Shown piece by piece: positions 63,201-64,000 of a stretch of DNA of 64,000 bases. This DNA is from Oculina patagonica (lineage: Eukaryota). The stretch covers positions 21,638,001 through 21,702,000 of the forward strand of contig NC_135767.1 of the NCBI RefSeq assembly GCF_052425735.1. The letters run 5' to 3'. A program made the position numbers and the translations under genes. Within the stretch, counting starts at the first letter, position 1, and the number at the start of each line of letters is the position of its first letter. The notes beneath the pieces were generated by a model. That model saw nothing but the letters and a program-made list of their open reading frames with translations, made no database searches and had not been told where the DNA came from.

Positions 63201-63777
63201 TCCATCCCTCGCTTGTGTTGACTATTGGCCAAGCTTACAGCTAATCAATTCTATTATATTTATTTTAGTGGAAAGCTTAAAAGCCTCTGCATCGCAACTC
63301 GCTTACAAAGAGGCCCTCGTTGCCGAAATGAGAGAATTCGTAGACTCATTCCACTCTGAGATGTGCACCAAGATCACTGCAATAATGAGAAAGTACGAAC
63401 GAGCAATAACAGAGATCAACACAACAGAAAAACAACGTGCAAAGCAACGCAAGGAATTTGCAGGCCTTTACAAAGAGGCCTCGGTAAAAAGCTGTAGGAT
63501 TACAAATCCAGTATATTCAGGATTGGCAGAGGAACAGTCGTATGATTTGAACAAGAAACGTATTTGGTCTGAATCGACGAAATACAATCTTGACCAGCAT
63601 GAACCATGGCATTCTCTTAATTCTGCAGCTTTGACCAGTGCACGAAAGTCTTCAAGTACAGAAAGCGCTTGTCCTTCACTGCTATCCTACGATGGACTAC
63701 CAGTCACCAGGCCAAAAGAGGAGAGACGTGAAAGACGGGAAACGAATTTGCATAAGAGTAAAGTAAAAAGATTCTGA
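25559..63777 (+). CDS. Gene B: D8C - 3xEGF - F5/8C - 2xEGF - F5/8C - 8xEGF - TSP1 - SEA - 3xFN3 - iGluR-like S1/M1/pore(TTVGYGD)/M3/S2/M4 - tail; paralogue of gene A; start/signal exon not identified
   Basis: Exons: 25559-25954; 33121-33261, 33668-33799, 34544-34669; 37215-37549, 38811-38952; 40677-40802, 41441-41551; 42897-43231, 43759-43897; 44727-44840, 45597-45719, 46956-47078, 48551-48673, 50211-50336, 50772-50894, 51373-51495, 52209-52331; 53007-53177; 53490-53599, 54537-54595, 55699-55838; 56229-56522, 57281-57583, 58362-58664; 59424-59893; 60387-60481; 60829-60985; 61596-61662; 62268-62539; 62880-63042; 63269-63777. All GT-AG, in frame, about 2,020 aa. A few acceptors have alternative in-frame AGs 6-12 nt away. 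Joining the D8C exon to the rest is inferred from phase and strand. Confidence 0.87.
27940..28370. mobile_element. MITE with CCCGG(G)-polyG termini nested in transposase exon
   Basis: 8-bp TSD GGATCCAG (27932-27939, 28371-28378); removing it restores the reading frame. Confidence 0.85.
29634..29915 (+). mobile_element. tRNA-derived SINE (CORE-like) nested in the Sola3-like element
   Basis: A box TGGCCTAATGG, B box GGATTCGAGCC, body CTCTCCACCCAGGTGTATAAATGGG, tail ACTTTACCTT. Confidence 0.8.
32696..33107. mobile_element. MITE with AGGGACTGTGTCAC termini and TTAA flanks (Kolobok-like); other copies at about 36843-37177 (inverted) and 42422-42809
   Basis: TIRs and shared internal sequence among three copies. 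Confidence 0.75.
34085..34355 (-). mobile_element. RTE-clade LINE 3' fragment
   Basis: Degenerate minus-strand [13 protein letters not shown]...[11 protein letters not shown]...CWWENVTAL; homologous to 40945-41245. Confidence 0.7.
35559..36839. mobile_element. DNA-element shell (TIR GCAT.AGTCAATTGA) enclosing a Penelope-like RT remnant
   Basis: Inverted ends GCATAAGTCAATTGA / TCAATTGACTGATGC. Confidence 0.55.
35845..36440 (-). mobile_element. Penelope-like RT remnant
   Basis: WERFIDD (YIDD-like), [37 protein letters not shown]. Confidence 0.8.
37615..38051. mobile_element. Harbinger-like MITE with GATCG-rich subterminal repeats
   Basis: TIR GGTTCTCATA.../...TATGAGAACC. Confidence 0.6.
40863..41245 (-). 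mobile_element. RTE-clade LINE 3' end with (GAT)n tail
   Basis: Minus [26 protein letters not shown]...; followed on the minus strand by the (ATG)n microsatellite 40863-40940. Confidence 0.75.
41635..41757. repeat. Short hairpin/MITE with about 37-bp inverted arms
   Basis: TAGTTTCCATTGGAAACAACTCGTGCTATTGACGTCA...TGACGTCAATAGCACGAGATGTTTCCAATGGAAACTA. Confidence 0.85.
42276..42318 (+). ncRNA. Minimal type I hammerhead ribozyme motif (Penelope-type)
   Basis: Helix I ACUACA/UGUAGU, core CUGAAGA, helix II GACCG-UUA-CGGUC, GAAA, palindromic GGCC helix III, UA cleavage site. Confidence 0.65.
45939..46490. mobile_element. piggyBac-like MITE
   Basis: TTAA-CCCTATTCAG(G)ACCGGG...CCCGGTCTGAATAGGG-TTAG. 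Confidence 0.8.
47535..48506. mobile_element. Hairpin-ended non-autonomous repeat
   Basis: Palindrome TGTTGTGGATTCAC...GTGAATCCACAACA near one end, AGCCAATCAG motif at the other, internal inverted repeat 48226-48270/48375-48450; same layout as 49003-49965. Confidence 0.55.
49003..49965. mobile_element. Hairpin-ended non-autonomous repeat with about 150-bp palindrome
   Basis: GTGCAATTTGGGATAAATAAGCACTCGTAAATTTTTCAAAG...CTTTGAAAAATTTACGAGTGCTTATTTATCCCAAATTGCAC; ends AGCCAATCAGA...TTTTTTCATGTAT. Confidence 0.65.
51047..51290 (+). mobile_element. tRNA-derived CORE-like SINE
   Basis: GGTTCTAACCC B-box-like motif, TTGGGCAAGACACTTTACTCTCACAG CORE-like block, same 3' body as 29634-29915. Confidence 0.75.
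52350..52675. mobile_element. MITE with CCCGGG-polyG termini
   Basis: 8-bp TSD TTTTTCAC (52342-52349, 52676-52683); absent from the equivalent intron of gene A. Confidence 0.85.
53978..54440 (+). mobile_element. Interspersed repeat, same family as 9985-10443
   Basis: TAGATTTAGCAAGCCTAAAAGCGTAGCTCC...GGAGCTCCGCTTT. Confidence 0.65.
54760..54811. repeat. (TTCA)n microsatellite
   Basis: Direct reading. Confidence 0.95.
54905..55595. repeat. 36-bp minisatellite (about 18 units)
   Basis: Consensus AAAACATGAGGGAACTCAAAATCAAACGGAGAAGTG. Confidence 0.85.
55918..56069 (-). mobile_element. Short Penelope-type non-autonomous element with inverted ends and a degenerate hammerhead
   Basis: Inverted ends AGTAGGTC.TATAGTGTGA.CGTCCGGGT; minus strand CTGAAGATGAC...GTCGAA core. 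Confidence 0.6.
57660..57972. repeat. About 155-bp two-copy tandem repeat
   Basis: TTTGCCAC.AA.CTCGGCACGATGATAGA...TTGCAATCGAAT...AACCCTTACCTTA x2. Confidence 0.75.
57973..58306. mobile_element. Small inverted-repeat element
   Basis: TACTAGTATACTA ends; TAATGCAAATG.GAC.ATCTGATTGGTT inverted at 58268-58297. Confidence 0.6.
58990..59330 (-). mobile_element. tRNA-like-sequence-containing repeat, partial tandem (about 1.3 units)
   Basis: Minus strand TAGCTCAGTTAGTTAGAGCG (A box) and GGTTTGATTCC (B box); AAGATGAATTGTTCAACA recurs about 260 nt apart. Confidence 0.7.
59424..63042 (+). CDS. Gene B channel core exons S1-M1-P(TTVGYGD)-M3-S2-M4
   Basis: [14 protein letters not shown] (60387-60481) spliced to [18 protein letters not shown] (60829-); exon lengths identical to gene A (470/95/157/67/272/163). 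Confidence 0.88.
60110..60216. repeat. (AAT)n/(GAC)n/(GAT)n compound microsatellite
   Basis: Direct reading. Confidence 0.95.
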
Positions 63778-64000
63778 AATAGTTAAGGCTATAACATTTA
63801 ACACGTAGTTCAAGTCAGCCTAGCGTTAACTTGACTAAGTTTGAGGACAAAATTGGCAGGAATCCCGCGGAAATCTTAAGACTTGTCGTGGAGTGCGTAT
63901 GCTTACCATAGACCGGAAATTCAGGAAATTTCGCAACTTTCGCGGAATTTTGTCTAATTTGGAAATTAGAAATTTTGATTTAGAATTCATTCCAGTTTGT

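Noticed and set aside
862-63777. Genes A and B as an uncollapsed-haplotype assembly artefact
   Set aside because: The introns are largely unalignable, transposon insertions differ, and EGF counts and tails differ, which indicates true paralogues.

Overview
Eukaryotic, AT-rich, intron- and transposon-rich genomic DNA. The repeat repertoire and domain content look cnidarian, probably a stony coral; this is inference. The window holds two tandem, head-to-tail paralogous multi-exon genes on the + strand. Gene A (862-20463) has its 5' end outside the window and 22 exons visible. Gene B (25559-63777) has 32 exons reconstructed, about 2,020 aa, and its start exon was not located. Splicing the exons by hand (GT-AG, phases consistent, no stops) gives an unusual chimeric membrane protein. 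The ectodomain is adhesion-type: UMOD/GP2-type D8C, EGF repeats, F5/8C discoidin, TSP1, SEA with an FREG/S autoproteolysis-type motif, and 3xFN3. It is fused to an ionotropic-glutamate-receptor-like core (S1-M1-pore loop-M3-S2-M4) whose pore carries the intact potassium-channel signature TTVGYGD, split by an intron. This resembles GluR0/AvGluR1-type K+-filter receptors carrying a Notch/mucin-like ectodomain, and is a candidate adhesion- or force-gated K+ channel family. The introns carry a 5.9-kb Sola3-like transposon with nested insertions, Penelope-like and RTE remnants, a minimal hammerhead ribozyme, tRNA-derived SINEs, many MITEs and satellites.
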